Source: an uncultured Candidatus Obscuribacterales bacterium (GTDB lineage Bacteria; Cyanobacteriota; Vampirovibrionia; Obscuribacterales; Obscuribacteraceae). Taken from it: DNA of 64,000 nucleotides. The notes under the pieces were generated by a model. The model had not been told where the DNA came from, made no database searches, and worked only from the letters and a program-made list of their open reading frames with translations. Location: NCBI GenBank assembly GCA_964615655.1, contig CAZTQO010000018.1, positions 854 to 64,853 on the forward strand, in the 5' to 3' direction. The stretch's first letter is position 1. Every line of letters begins with the position of its first letter. The position numbers and the translations under genes are program-made. Below are positions 16,402 through 25,880 of this stretch, one piece after another.

Positions 16402-17892
16402 ATGACATCTCTCAATGTGCGCTTTCTGAGCGCTGATCCTGCTCGGCATCAGGCTGAGCTTATTTTAATTCCGGTTTTCGAGGCTGAAGTCGCCAGTGGC
16501 TCGCACGCGCTTGCAAGCAAGCTGCTTGCCGACCAGGCTGTACTCGAGGGCTTCAGCGGCAAGCATGCCCAGAGCATGAGCCATTATGCCGGTATCGGCA
16601 GTGCCCGTCGACTCTACTTCGGTCTGGGTGATGCCGGCAAGCTCGACGCCCGCAAGCTGTCGTCGGCTTTGCTTGCAGCTTTTGCTGAAGCGAAGCAGGC
16701 AAAGGCGCAGAGCCTGGGTCTGGTGATTCCGGATCTGGCGGCTTGCAAGCTGAGCGCCTACGACTTCGGGCGTGCAGTCGGTGAGGCTTCCGGCATCGCT
16801 GACTACGTCATGAACCACAAAAAGACGGCGCGTGGCGGTCACAAGCCGGAACTGCGCCTGGGCGAGCTTTCGCTCCTGGGTGAGGCCGCCAGCGACTCTG
16901 AATACGCTCGCGGTGTGGCTGCCGGCCAGGTTGTCGCCCGTGCGGTCAACATGGCTCGTGATCTCGTTACCGAGCCGCCGTCGGACATGACCCCCGCGGA
17001 GCTTGCTCGCCGGGCTCAGGAACTGGCCGACCAGTCCAACGGCGCTGTCGTTTGCCGGCTTTATCAGGAAGACGAGCTGAAGCGCATGGGCGCCGGTGCC
17101 TTCCTGGCTGTGTCGCGCGGTTCCGATGAGAAGCCGGTGCTGATCGAGCTTTCTTATGAGCCGAAGGACGCCGACCCCGAGGTGCTGCTTGCTCTGGTGG
17201 GCAAGTCGGTCACATTCGACTCGGGCGGTTATGACATGAAGCCCTCTGCCGGCATGCGCACGATGAAGTGCGACATGGCGGGCGGCGCTGCCACGCTTGC
17301 TGCCATGCAGGCGATTGCGGCTCTGGCTCTGCCCGTTCGCGTGAAGGTGCTGATGGCCGCCACCGAGAACCTGGTGAACGGCAAGGCTTACAAGCCGGGT
17401 GACGTGCTGACCAGCATGGCCGGGCTCACGATCGAGGTGGACAACACCGACGCCGAAGGTCGCCTGACCATGGCGGATGCGATCGAACATGCCCGCCGCA
17501 AGGGCGCCACTCACATCGTCGACGTGGCCACGCTCACGGGTGCCATTCGAGCGGCGCTCGGTTCGGTCGGCGCTGGTGCTTTCGGCAACACGCCCGAGTT
17601 TACGAAGCAAGTGATCGCAGCCGGTGCAGCCGGTGGCGAGCTCTACTGGGAGCTACCGCTCTGGGACGAGCTGGCCAGTGCCAACGACTCCAAGATCGCC
17701 GACATCAAGAACTCCGGTGGTGACGCCGGTGCCGGTTCGATCACGGCAGCCCACTTCCTGAAGCGCTTCGCCGGCGACACTCCCTGGGTTCACCTGGATA
17801 TCGCCGCGGTTGCCTTCAAGCAAGATCAGGGCACCGGCTGGGGTGTTCGCACTCTGGTCGAGCTGGTGCGCTCTTTTGCCAGCGCCAGCTGA
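16402..17892 (+). CDS. pepA: Leucyl aminopeptidase (peptidase M17)
   Basis: 496 aa. VGKSVTFDSGG, MKCDMAGGA and the NTDAEGRL signature. About 63% GC. Confidence 0.9.
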   Translation: MTSLNVRFLSADPARHQAELILIPVFEAEVASGSHALASKLLADQAVLEGFSGKHAQSMSHYAGIGSARRLYFGLGDAGKLDARKLSSALLAAFAEAKQAKAQSLGLVIPDLAACKLSAYDFGRAVGEASGIADYVMNHKKTARGGHKPELRLGELSLLGEAASDSEYARGVAAGQVVARAVNMARDLVTEPPSDMTPAELARRAQELADQSNGAVVCRLYQEDELKRMGAGAFLAVSRGSDEKPVLIELSYEPKDADPEVLLALVGKSVTFDSGGYDMKPSAGMRTMKCDMAGGAATLAAMQAIAALALPVRVKVLMAATENLVNGKAYKPGDVLTSMAGLTIEVDNTDAEGRLTMADAIEHARRKGATHIVDVATLTGAIRAALGSVGAGAFGNTPEFTKQVIAAGAAGGELYWELPLWDELASANDSKIADIKNSGGDAGAGSITAAHFLKRFAGDTPWVHLDIAAVAFKQDQGTGWGVRTLVELVRSFASAS

Positions 17893-17948
17893 CGCCTGAA
17901 CGGGCGGGTGGAAGCATCTGGATCAGCTGTATTCCACCCGTTTCGGAA

Positions 17949-17984
17949 GGGAGCAAGGCCTTAACCGGCCTTGCTCCCTTTTTT
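17949..17984 (+). terminator. Rho-independent terminator after pepA
   Basis: GGGAGCAAGGCC-TTAACC-GGCCTTGCTCCC followed by TTTTTT. Confidence 0.8.
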
Positions 17985-18119
17985 GTCTTTTTTGCTTGGC
18001 AACTGAAAATGGCTGATTGAAATTGCTCTGCATGGTAGATTTTCAGTGCATGAATGCAGCAGATTCGATTGACTGCTGCTTTAAGCACTGACTTTTATTC
18101 CAGGGAGCAATTTCAATTT

Positions 18120-19208
18120 ATGTCATTATCGAGGATAAAGAAAATTCAGCAGGCGCTTTCCAAAAAGAAACTGGACGGCATGATTCTGCGGGTTTTCGAA
18201 TCCGACAACCAGAATGTCAGATACCTGAGTGGTTTTTCGGGCAGCACCGCTCATTTGCTTTTGAGCAAAAAACAGGCTTTCATAATTGCCGACGCCCGTT
18301 ACTGGCTGAGAGTGCCGGAAGAAGTTAAGGGCATGAAATTGTTCAAGCTCAAACGTGGTGTGAGAGTAGCTGAGGCAGTAAATGAGCTGCTTGCCAGAAT
18401 GGGACTCGGACCCAAGAGCAAGATTGCTTTTGAATCTGCGCATGTTTCGGTTGACCTTGCAGGCAACTGGAAAAAAGAAATCAAGGCTAATCTGACGCCG
18501 ACCGTGCATTTTGTCGAAAGATTCAGGCAGTTCAAAGATCCTGAAGAAATCAAAGAACTGGAAAAAGGCTGCCGTTCGACAAGCAAAGTTTACAACGAAG
18601 TGGTGCCTTTGATCAGGGCAGGCATGAGCGAGAACGAGCTTGCTTTTGAAATCGACATGCGATTACGCAAGCATGGTGCCACGGCAAACAGCTTTAACAC
18701 CATAGTGGCTTCCGGTCCGAATTCGGCTGTGCCTCACCATTCAACGGGCCAGAGGAAGTTAAAAGCCGGCGAGCCTGTGGTCATGGATTTTGGCGGAGTT
18801 TATGGCGGCGGCTATTGCTCGGATATCACAAGAACAGCTTTTGTTCCGGGCAAAAAGCCGGATCCAAAAATGGTCGAGATCTACAATGTGGTGCTTGCCG
18901 CCAATAAGAAAGCTTTCAAAGCTCTCAAACCGGGCATCATGTACAGGGACTTCGACGGGGTCGCAAGAGAGCACATAAGCGAAGCCGGTTTCGGCAAATA
19001 CTTTTCGCATGGTCTTGGACACAGCCTGGGCCTTGTTGCGCACGACCCGTACGACTATGAGCACGACCCCTTCGAAGTCGGCATGGTAGTTACCGATGAG
19101 CCTGGAATCTATATCGAAGGTCTCGGCGGTGTGCGTATCGAAGATGATCTGGTTGTGACGAAAAGTGGTGCTAAACGCCTGACCACCGCGCCTTACTGGC
19201 AGTTTTGA
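18120..19208 (+). CDS. Xaa-Pro aminopeptidase/dipeptidase (peptidase M24B)
   Basis: N-terminal creatinase-like domain plus a pita-bread domain: VVMDFGGVYGGGYCSDITRT, HGLGHSLGL, EPGIYIEGLGGVRIEDD. Start taken at ATG 18120 (track start 18054). Confidence 0.85.
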   Translation: MSLSRIKKIQQALSKKKLDGMILRVFESDNQNVRYLSGFSGSTAHLLLSKKQAFIIADARYWLRVPEEVKGMKLFKLKRGVRVAEAVNELLARMGLGPKSKIAFESAHVSVDLAGNWKKEIKANLTPTVHFVERFRQFKDPEEIKELEKGCRSTSKVYNEVVPLIRAGMSENELAFEIDMRLRKHGATANSFNTIVASGPNSAVPHHSTGQRKLKAGEPVVMDFGGVYGGGYCSDITRTAFVPGKKPDPKMVEIYNVVLAANKKAFKALKPGIMYRDFDGVAREHISEAGFGKYFSHGLGHSLGLVAHDPYDYEHDPFEVGMVVTDEPGIYIEGLGGVRIEDDLVVTKSGAKRLTTAPYWQF

Positions 19209-19209
19209 A

Positions 19210-20223
19210 TCAGGATTGCTTTCTGCAGTTTTCCAGTCGCATGGAAATTTCTTTGATCACCGACTGAATCAGGATCTCCACCGGGCCTACCGTAGTGCCC
19301 AAGATTCCCCTGCGCCGCCTTTCTATGAGCCACTCAAGAAAAAGCAATCTGCTTGCAAGCTCTGCCAGGGGAAGCTTTACTAAAACGTCGTCGAGATTGC
19401 GGCTGTACTCAAGACAGTAAGCTTCGATTAGTTCTCTTGCTGAATCAGCCAGAGCGCCATTCTTGAAATGCTCCATGCTCAGGGTTGCCAGGTCGAGAAT
19501 TGGAGCGCTTATTTTAGTGAACCAGGACCAGTCGATGATATAAAGGTGCTCCCCGTCAAAAAGGAGGTTCTCGGCATAGAGATCTCCATGCACAAGCGAA
19601 AGTGGTTCGTCTTTAAGAACTTCGCTCAGCTGTTCTCCTGCATCAAGCAGGGTTTTTTCTGCTTCCGTGCTTAGTATTTCCCAGGCTTTGAGCTCCTGGC
19701 ATTGAGCCCGGGCCAGACCGACAAAGTCAGCAGGAGCAAGCGTTCTCAGAACTCTGGTTTCGCTGATTTCTGCAATTCGGTAAGTGTAAGCCCGGTGTAG
19801 TTTCGCCAGTTCGGTCCCGACTTTTGCGGGTAGTTCGCTCACGGAATCAAGGCTGTCCAGAAGAGCTTTTTCACCCAGGTCTTCCATGAAGAGTGCAGTG
19901 CTAGACTGGAAAGTGCCGGACAGGTACAGACGTGCTGAATTCGAAACCGAAGGAATTAAGATGTGTTCGTGAAGGTCCTGCTCTATGTCCCAGGGCGGTA
20001 GCACCACCTTGTAAATCAGTGTCCTTGGCAATGCATCTTTGAGCCAGAGCCTCTCAACAAAAGAGAGATCCCTGTGCCGGAGAACCTGCCGTTTTTCGAT
20101 CTCAACAGGCTTGCCGTATATCTCACTTAGCCAGGCATTCAGCTGCTCTTGAGGAGGTGTATGCAATAGATTAAGTGTTTCGTTTTCCACAAGCGATCCA
20201 TAAGAAAGCAGGTCGGGTTTCAA
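19210..20223 (-). CDS. Aminoglycoside-phosphotransferase-fold (APH/choline-kinase family) kinase
   Basis: LVHGDLYAENLLF (catalytic loop) and YIIDWSW (metal-binding Asp). 337 aa. Confidence 0.7.
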   Translation of the reverse strand: MKPDLLSYGSLVENETLNLLHTPPQEQLNAWLSEIYGKPVEIEKRQVLRHRDLSFVERLWLKDALPRTLIYKVVLPPWDIEQDLHEHILIPSVSNSARLYLSGTFQSSTALFMEDLGEKALLDSLDSVSELPAKVGTELAKLHRAYTYRIAEISETRVLRTLAPADFVGLARAQCQELKAWEILSTEAEKTLLDAGEQLSEVLKDEPLSLVHGDLYAENLLFDGEHLYIIDWSWFTKISAPILDLATLSMEHFKNGALADSARELIEAYCLEYSRNLDDVLVKLPLAELASRLLFLEWLIERRRRGILGTTVGPVEILIQSVIKEISMRLENCRKQS

Positions 20224-20291
20224 ACTACCTCGATTCTATCCTCTTTGCTTACTCAATGTTTATCAATTGGTCCAAGCTTTACAGCTAATTA

Positions 20292-20311
20292 TTCTGCAGA
20301 ATTTCTGCAGA
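20292..20311. promoter_or_regulatory. Two copies of palindromic TTCTGCAGA(A) spaced 11 bp apart, candidate operator in the divergent promoter
   Basis: TTCTGCAGAA (20292-20301, perfect 10-bp palindrome) and TCTGCAGA (20304-20311). Located about 20 nt upstream of the GGAGG RBS of the S8-like gene. Confidence 0.35.
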
Positions 20312-20329
20312 CCTGGAGGTATCAAAATC

Positions 20330-21427
20330 ATGCAAAGCGGTAGCTGCGCATTCATCGTGATTGACAGCGGTTTCTCTTTCGAAATTCTCAAGGAGGCAAG
20401 AGTAATTGCCGCCTGGGATCTGACTCGCGGCCGGAAATTCGAGTCGCTTGACTATCTGGACGACTCAGACTTGGCTGAATTTGCAGGTGATCCTATGGGC
20501 CACGGCACAATCGTGCTCTCGCGCTTGCTGGCGCTTGAGCCTGCGGCAAAGTTGATTCTGGTTAAGGCTTTTGATAATCGAAGCGTTTGCCTGACTCAGT
20601 GGGATGCTTCAGGCAAGATTGCAAGACCCGGCTGGTCCGATGCTTATGTCTGGGCACAGCAAAAAGCAGCGGCGCGCGGCATGGTCTCGGTGGCGAACTG
20701 TTCTTTTGGCGGCTACAGGCATGCCATGGATGGCAGCGGCTGGGAGGCTCATCAGCTGGGCTCGGTAATCGGGCCCGGTCATGTGCTGGTTGCAGCAGCC
20801 GGTCCCGGAGACGGCCGGGCTATTCATGCAAGCCTGCGCTTGCTTGCTTCTGAAAGCAAGCAAATTGTCGCTTATCAAGAAAACAATGCTGATTACAATC
20901 TCTGGTTCGGTCTTGGTGACGAGCAAGAATCAGTAGCTTTGGATTCATGGAAGCTTGAAGCCCGCCTGAACGGGCACTTGCAATTTCGGGCTGATTCCAG
21001 TCGAGTGCCGGCTAATATCTGGAACGGTCGCAGGCAGTTGACTTTTCGTATCCGGGGCTCCGGGAAACTTGAAATCACTATTTCGAGGGATTCTTCGGGT
21101 GTTTCTGATTGGAAAGCCGACAGGAAAACCGACAACGCCTTGAGGCTTGATGTCTGGAGCGAAGAAGCCAGGTTTGCCAACTGGATCTCTGCAGAGCTTG
21201 TGGGTGAGCCGGCTTGTTTCAAGAATGTGATTGCAGTCGGACTGATTACGTCCAGCTACAGCCCATTCCAGAACATGGCCGCTTGCAAGCCTGATCTTTT
21301 GCTGAATGGCTCCGATCAGGTAAGTTTCAGGATTCCGGAAATTACCGTAGCATGCGGCAAACTGCTTGAATCTGATCACAGACTTGACTCTGATTCCCTG
21401 ATCAAACTGCTTGGAAAGTTCAGGTAA
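20330..21427 (+). CDS. Subtilisin-like (S8 family) peptidase homologue, no signal peptide
   Basis: FIVIDSG (Asp), GHGTIV (His), NCSFGG, VAAAGPG and VSFRIPEITVACG (divergent Ser motif). GGAGG RBS before ATG 20330. Confidence 0.6.
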   Translation: MQSGSCAFIVIDSGFSFEILKEARVIAAWDLTRGRKFESLDYLDDSDLAEFAGDPMGHGTIVLSRLLALEPAAKLILVKAFDNRSVCLTQWDASGKIARPGWSDAYVWAQQKAAARGMVSVANCSFGGYRHAMDGSGWEAHQLGSVIGPGHVLVAAAGPGDGRAIHASLRLLASESKQIVAYQENNADYNLWFGLGDEQESVALDSWKLEARLNGHLQFRADSSRVPANIWNGRRQLTFRIRGSGKLEITISRDSSGVSDWKADRKTDNALRLDVWSEEARFANWISAELVGEPACFKNVIAVGLITSSYSPFQNMAACKPDLLLNGSDQVSFRIPEITVACGKLLESDHRLDSDSLIKLLGKFR

Positions 21428-21500
21428 GAAAGTTCAGGTAAGAAAGCTCTGGAAAGAGAGCTCTGGAAAGAAAGCTCTGTGAAAGAAAGCTCTGTGAAAG
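21416..21500. repeat. Six-unit 14-15-bp tandem array made of three consecutive doublets; the first doublet duplicates the last codons and stop of the S8-like gene
   Basis: AAGTTCAGGTAAGA x2, (A/G)AGCTCTGGAAAGA x2, AAGCTCTGTGAAAG(A) x2. Confidence 0.9.
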
Positions 21501-21617
21501 CCGGACAAAAACAAAAATGATTGCAAAATCTTTTTTGACGGTAATGAAAAAGAGCAGTCAAGCGGGCAAGATCAATGCAGGACGATGGGTAGGAATTTCG
21601 ACCGACCGGAGGACAAA

Positions 21618-23687
21618 ATGAGCTTCGATCTGGATGCCTTTCTTGCAAAGCAATTTGATTCTGATGAGCTGGAACGTCCTTTTTACGACCCGAAGTCGAT
21701 TCATCCTGCCGATGAGCGTGAGTGGCTCGTATGCAATGGCCTTGGTTCCTATGCTTCAGGGAGTCTTTCCGGGGCCAACACGCGCAGGTATCATGGCTTA
21801 TTTGTCGCAGCGCTGGAGCCGCCCACCAGCCGTACGCTTCTGTTTTCCAGAATAGACGAGCATGTGGACGGGGAGAACATTTCAACAAATCTCTGGACAC
21901 CTGATGTGGTCAATCCCAGGGGCTACGAAAAACTTTGTGCTTTTGTAGTTTACCCCTGCCCTTGCTGGGTTTATGAACTTGCTAACGGTTATCTGATCAA
22001 ACAGGTTTTTATGTTAGCCGGAAAGCAGCATTCATACGTAGCTTACAGCTTCCAGAGCAAGGACGACTCAAGCGATGTACTTGAGCTCGACCTGCACGTG
22101 ATTGCCAACTTCCGCGACTATCACTCGCAAACTAAAGGCAGTCCTGATTGGCGGTTCATACAGGAGCAAAGACCGGGAGCTGTTAGAATCCGGGCTTACG
22201 ACGGCGCCCAAGATCTTGAGCTTGCTTTTTCAAAAGGCGAGTGGCGTAAAGATGAAAACTGGTATGACGGCTATTTCTATCCACGCGAGTGGGAACGCGG
22301 ACTTTCAGACCGCGAAGATGCGTTTCATGCCGGTGTGATTTCTTTGAGGTTAAAAAGCGGCGAATCGATGCTTGTGCTTGCTTCGCTTGAACCGGTAGAA
22401 TTCCTGCCTGATCTCAAACACCTGCTTGCCGAACTGATTAAAGAGCAGAGGCTTTTGCTTGCTGGAGCGGGGAATCCTCGCCATCCTGCGGTTAAACGTC
22501 TGGTTCTTGCATCAAACAACTTTGTTGTCGAGCGCAAATCATCTGAGGCTCATTCGATAATTGCCGGCTATCACTGGTTTAACGACTGGGGACGCGATGC
22601 CATGATCAGTCTGCCCGGGCTGACTCTGGCTACCGGGCGTTTTGAGGCAGCAGCCAGCATCTTGAAAAATTTCCAGAGCTATTTGAGCGAAGGCATGCTG
22701 CCGAATAACTTTCCAGACAGCGGTCAGAGCCCGCAGTACAACACATCTGATGCCACACTCTGGTGGGCGTGGGCGTTGAAAAAATATCTTCAGGCAAGCG
22801 ATGATCTGGAATTCGTCAAAGAGGCGATTCCGCTAATGGAATCAGTGGTGGACTGCCATTTGAGGGGTAGTCGCTACAACATAAAGGTGGACGAATCCGA
22901 CGGGCTTCTGGCTGGTGGCGCCGATGGTGCACAGCTAACCTGGATGGATGCCAAAGTCGATGGTTTTGTTGTAACGCCAAGACGCGGCAAGGCTGTGGAA
23001 ATATCGGCTCTCTGGTATTTTTTCCTGCGCACGCTTGCTGAATTCAAAACAGCTTGCGGGCAGGACCCGTCCAGATATATTGAGCTTGCTGAAAAAGCAA
23101 AAAGCGGCTTTCAAGCATTCTGGAACCAGGGACGCAAGTGTCTTTTCGATGTGATAAACGAAGACGGCAGCAAGGATGACTCGGTGCGTCCGAATCAGCT
23201 CCTGGCTCTCAGCCTCTGTAAAGATCTGCTGAGCGAAAAACAAAACGCCTCGATTCTTGCCGTTGTTGAAGCTGAGCTTCTTACCCCGCTCGGGCTCAGG
23301 TCGCTTTCACCTAAAGATCCAAACTACAAGGGTAAATATGGAAGCGGCAAACGTAACGCCAGCCAGTATGAGCGTGATATCAGCTACCATCAGGGTACGG
23401 TATGGACATGGCTTCTCGGCCCTTGGATTGATGCGCGTATGAACGTTTACGGTGAAAACGAAGACAACGTGCGTTTTATTAATTCTCAGCTGGCGCTGTT
23501 ATTGCATCATCATTTGCTCTTTGAAGCCGGGCTCGGAACAGTTTCAGAAATATTCGACGGAGACTCGCCGCATAAGCCTCACGGTTGTATTGCTCAGGCC
23601 TGGTCCGTAGGCGAGCTTCTTAGAGTATTCAATGAATATCCCGAATTACAGGGTCAGGCCAAAATCCTTAGTGCAGCCGGGGCTTAG
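21618..23687 (+). CDS. Glycogen debranching enzyme (amylo-alpha-1,6-glucosidase, bacterial/archaeal GDE type)
   Basis: N-terminal NGLGSYASGSLSGANTRRYHGLF and C-terminal (alpha/alpha)6 region with DATLWW, QLTWMD and HQGTVWTW. GGAGG RBS before ATG 21618 (track start 21585). Confidence 0.85.
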   Translation: MSFDLDAFLAKQFDSDELERPFYDPKSIHPADEREWLVCNGLGSYASGSLSGANTRRYHGLFVAALEPPTSRTLLFSRIDEHVDGENISTNLWTPDVVNPRGYEKLCAFVVYPCPCWVYELANGYLIKQVFMLAGKQHSYVAYSFQSKDDSSDVLELDLHVIANFRDYHSQTKGSPDWRFIQEQRPGAVRIRAYDGAQDLELAFSKGEWRKDENWYDGYFYPREWERGLSDREDAFHAGVISLRLKSGESMLVLASLEPVEFLPDLKHLLAELIKEQRLLLAGAGNPRHPAVKRLVLASNNFVVERKSSEAHSIIAGYHWFNDWGRDAMISLPGLTLATGRFEAAASILKNFQSYLSEGMLPNNFPDSGQSPQYNTSDATLWWAWALKKYLQASDDLEFVKEAIPLMESVVDCHLRGSRYNIKVDESDGLLAGGADGAQLTWMDAKVDGFVVTPRRGKAVEISALWYFFLRTLAEFKTACGQDPSRYIELAEKAKSGFQAFWNQGRKCLFDVINEDGSKDDSVRPNQLLALSLCKDLLSEKQNASILAVVEAELLTPLGLRSLSPKDPNYKGKYGSGKRNASQYERDISYHQGTVWTWLLGPWIDARMNVYGENEDNVRFINSQLALLLHHHLLFEAGLGTVSEIFDGDSPHKPHGCIAQAWSVGELLRVFNEYPELQGQAKILSAAGA

Positions 23688-23857
23688 CGGCTCAGGGGTT
23701 TTTGCCTGCTCCTGAATTCTTCTGTTTAAGCCTGCATTTGCATGTTTTGCTTTGCTCGTTGTGAGCATTTCCTAGCTTGTATTTGCAGGACTGATTTTTG
23801 ACTTTCAAACAAGAGCCGCGGGAATTCAGCCCGGGCTCTTCAGACCAGATTGGAGGC

Positions 23858-24598
23858 ATGATGAAAAACATGCTTGTTATTTTTGTGGCTTTGCTTGCAG
23901 GTGTTTTGCTTGCAAAGTACGCCGGTTTTACTGTTTTCGCCTCTACTTTGCTTTGCGCTCTTTTGCTTGCTTGCTATCATATGCGATGCAAGTGCAGGGC
24001 AGCTGGCAAAGTGAAAACAAAGGTAGTTGGAGTTACTGGCACGATTGCCTCTGGCAAGTCCCTTGTGGGCAAGTTGCTTGCGGAAGTGAATGTGCCGGTG
24101 CTCGACACGGATCATATCGCGCATTATGTACAGGAGCATGATCAAGAGGTACGCGCCGCTCTCAAAGAGCGCTTTGGAGCCGAGATCTTCAACGGCAATG
24201 GCGAACTTGATCGCAAGAAGCTGGGCAAAATCGTTTTTGACGACCGGGCTGCTCTTGCCGATCTCAATGCGATAGTGCATCCTGCTGTGCTCAGAGAGTG
24301 CAGGCAGCGGATTGCAGCGCTTGCTGAGGCGCCTCTGGTTGCCGTGCTTGTGCCGCTCTTATTCGAGGTCGGTCTTCAAGATCAGTATGACGAAATCTGG
24401 GTAGTCACAGCTTCAGACGAAGTGGTGAAAGAAAGGCTGAAAGCCAGAGACGGCGTTTCGGACGAAGAGGCTCTCAAGCGCATCAAAGCGCAGTTTTCAC
24501 AGGAAGAGAAAATCCGGGGTGCCGATTTTGTGATCGACAACTCCGGTAGCATTGAAAACACGCGTGCCCAGGTAATGGCTATTTTGGACGCCGCCTGA
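23858..24598 (+). CDS. coaE: Dephospho-CoA kinase with an unusual ~60-aa N-terminal double-TM extension
   Basis: VVGVTGTIASGKS P-loop, DTDHIAH, IVHPAV. GGAGG RBS before ATG 23858. N-terminus MMKNMLVIFVALLAGVLLAKYAGFTVFASTLLCALLLAC is hydrophobic. Confidence 0.85.
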   Translation: MMKNMLVIFVALLAGVLLAKYAGFTVFASTLLCALLLACYHMRCKCRAAGKVKTKVVGVTGTIASGKSLVGKLLAEVNVPVLDTDHIAHYVQEHDQEVRAALKERFGAEIFNGNGELDRKKLGKIVFDDRAALADLNAIVHPAVLRECRQRIAALAEAPLVAVLVPLLFEVGLQDQYDEIWVVTASDEVVKERLKARDGVSDEEALKRIKAQFSQEEKIRGADFVIDNSGSIENTRAQVMAILDAA

Positions 24599-24605
24599 GC
24601 TTGCA

Positions 24606-24660
24606 AAACAGGGTGTGGGACGACTACTGATCCTGCACCCTGTTTCTCCTTTTTCCTTTT
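24606..24660 (+). terminator. Rho-independent terminator after coaE
   Basis: AAACAGGGTG-(20 nt)-CACCCTGTTT followed by the T-rich CTCCTTTTTCCTTTTT. Confidence 0.65.
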
Positions 24661-24948
24661 TGGCGGGCTATTAGAGAGTGTAGTAATGTTTGGGCGCCGG
24701 GCACTGGGCACTGGGGGTCTCAAGACACTCGACTCATGGGTTCTGGAACTCGGGACTCGAGTCTCTGTGCACTAAGATTCTGTGCGCATTTGGACCCTCG
24801 GGCCGAACAGTTGGGCCGTTTCTGCACCTTGCCACGCACCATTTCGTATGACTACGCAGGCTACACGAGATATTTACAAGCTAGTCCGGAAAGATATCGC
24901 ACAGGATTGTTAGATTGCTTTCATCCCTAAAAGAAATGGAGTTTAGAT

Positions 24949-25170
24949 ATGACGATGGATGCACCTGACAATAAGCACGTACCACCTGACTTTGTCCTAT
25001 CTTCGCTGATTAATTCACTCAGAGATAACAATGTCTATCCGGAGCAAGAATGGGCAATTATGCGCGATCATTATCGCGGACCCCAACCATACCGCTACGA
25101 TGCGCCTGCACCAAAGGTGAGCGCAAGTGGTGGTGCTGAGATTCGCTTTTCAGACCCCTATAAAAAATAG
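24949..25170 (+). CDS. Hypothetical small protein (73 aa)
   Basis: GGAG RBS 8 nt upstream. No recognisable domain. Confidence 0.4.
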   Translation: MTMDAPDNKHVPPDFVLSSLINSLRDNNVYPEQEWAIMRDHYRGPQPYRYDAPAPKVSASGGAEIRFSDPYKK

Positions 25171-25264
25171 CAAGCGTAAGAGTTCCGAAGATTTGCGGTC
25201 GGGCACCGATACTGGTACCAAAAGAACATGGCATGTGCATTTGCAAACAGCCCTTCAATGCGCT

Positions 25265-25618
25265 TTAGTGGCAGCAGCCGGATTGCGGCTTGCTTCCCGT
25301 GCTTTCTGCTACCACTGCCTGCAGCGGGTCTTCTTCAGGGGCATAGAGGCTGGGAGCTTGTTTGAATACTTGTATGAGTTCTTCGATCACTCTTGCTGAG
25401 TCCTGGCCTTTGATGGCTTCAACTACGCACGTTTCAAGATGTTGTTTCAAAATAACTTCAGATGTCTTGTTAAGAGCAGCCTGTACTGCTTTCAACTGGT
25501 GGAGGACATCAATACAATACTTTTCTTCGTCAACCATACGGTAGACTGCGTTCAAATGCCCGATGGCTTTTGCCAGTCGGCTTTTGAGTTTTTCCTTTGA
25601 GTCTGAGTTAATTGCCAT
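25265..25618 (-). CDS. CsoR/RcnR/FrmR-family (DUF156) metal-sensing repressor, C-H-C (CsoR-like) fingerprint, with a C-terminal extension ending in GCCH
   Basis: RLAKAIGHLNAV..M......YCIDVLHQLKAVQAAL...ILKQHLETC. The Cys, His and Cys are in the spacing used by Cu(I)-sensing CsoR. Confidence 0.75.
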   Translation of the reverse strand: MAINSDSKEKLKSRLAKAIGHLNAVYRMVDEEKYCIDVLHQLKAVQAALNKTSEVILKQHLETCVVEAIKGQDSARVIEELIQVFKQAPSLYAPEEDPLQAVVAESTGSKPQSGCCH

Positions 25619-25685
25619 GGCTTAAGTGTACATCGAATCGACTCAGATGTACTGCAATTTTGAATTGAGTAAAGATCGGTCTCGG

Positions 25686-25880
25686 TCAGCGCAGTTTAGC
25701 ACGCCTGCCCGCAGGCAACGGAAGCTGCTCCTGATTTGGCCCGTAGAGTCCCCAGGCGGTCGGACCCAGATCCTTCGGTCTGACCAGTGTTTCATACTGG
25801 TGAAAGCGCCTGAATAAAATGATTCCTACCCATAAGAAGACAAAAGCGCCGAATGCCGCCAGGTCCAGACTGTGATGCAT
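25686..25880 (-). CDS. Hypothetical small membrane protein (64 aa) upstream of the CsoR-like gene
   Basis: GAGG RBS. One TM helix (AAFGAFVFLWVGIILF). Weak support. Confidence 0.35.
   Translation of the reverse strand: MHHSLDLAAFGAFVFLWVGIILFRRFHQYETLVRPKDLGPTAWGLYGPNQEQLPLPAGRRAKLR

Noticed and set aside
16465-17610. 381-aa minus-strand ORF opposite pepA
   Set aside because: It is a shadow ORF of high-GC pepA (NTDAEGRL on the plus strand).
21416-21500. Possible CRISPR array
   Set aside because: The units are 14-15 bp and contiguous with no spacers, and there are no cas genes. The same applies to the 58586 and 59389 repeats. These are simple tandem duplications.
24660-24948. Possible ncRNA or small ORF (64 aa, 24736-24930) in the 350-nt gap after coaE
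   Set aside because: I found no recognisable RNA family signature and only weak hairpins. The ORF has no RBS and an implausible composition. Left unannotated.
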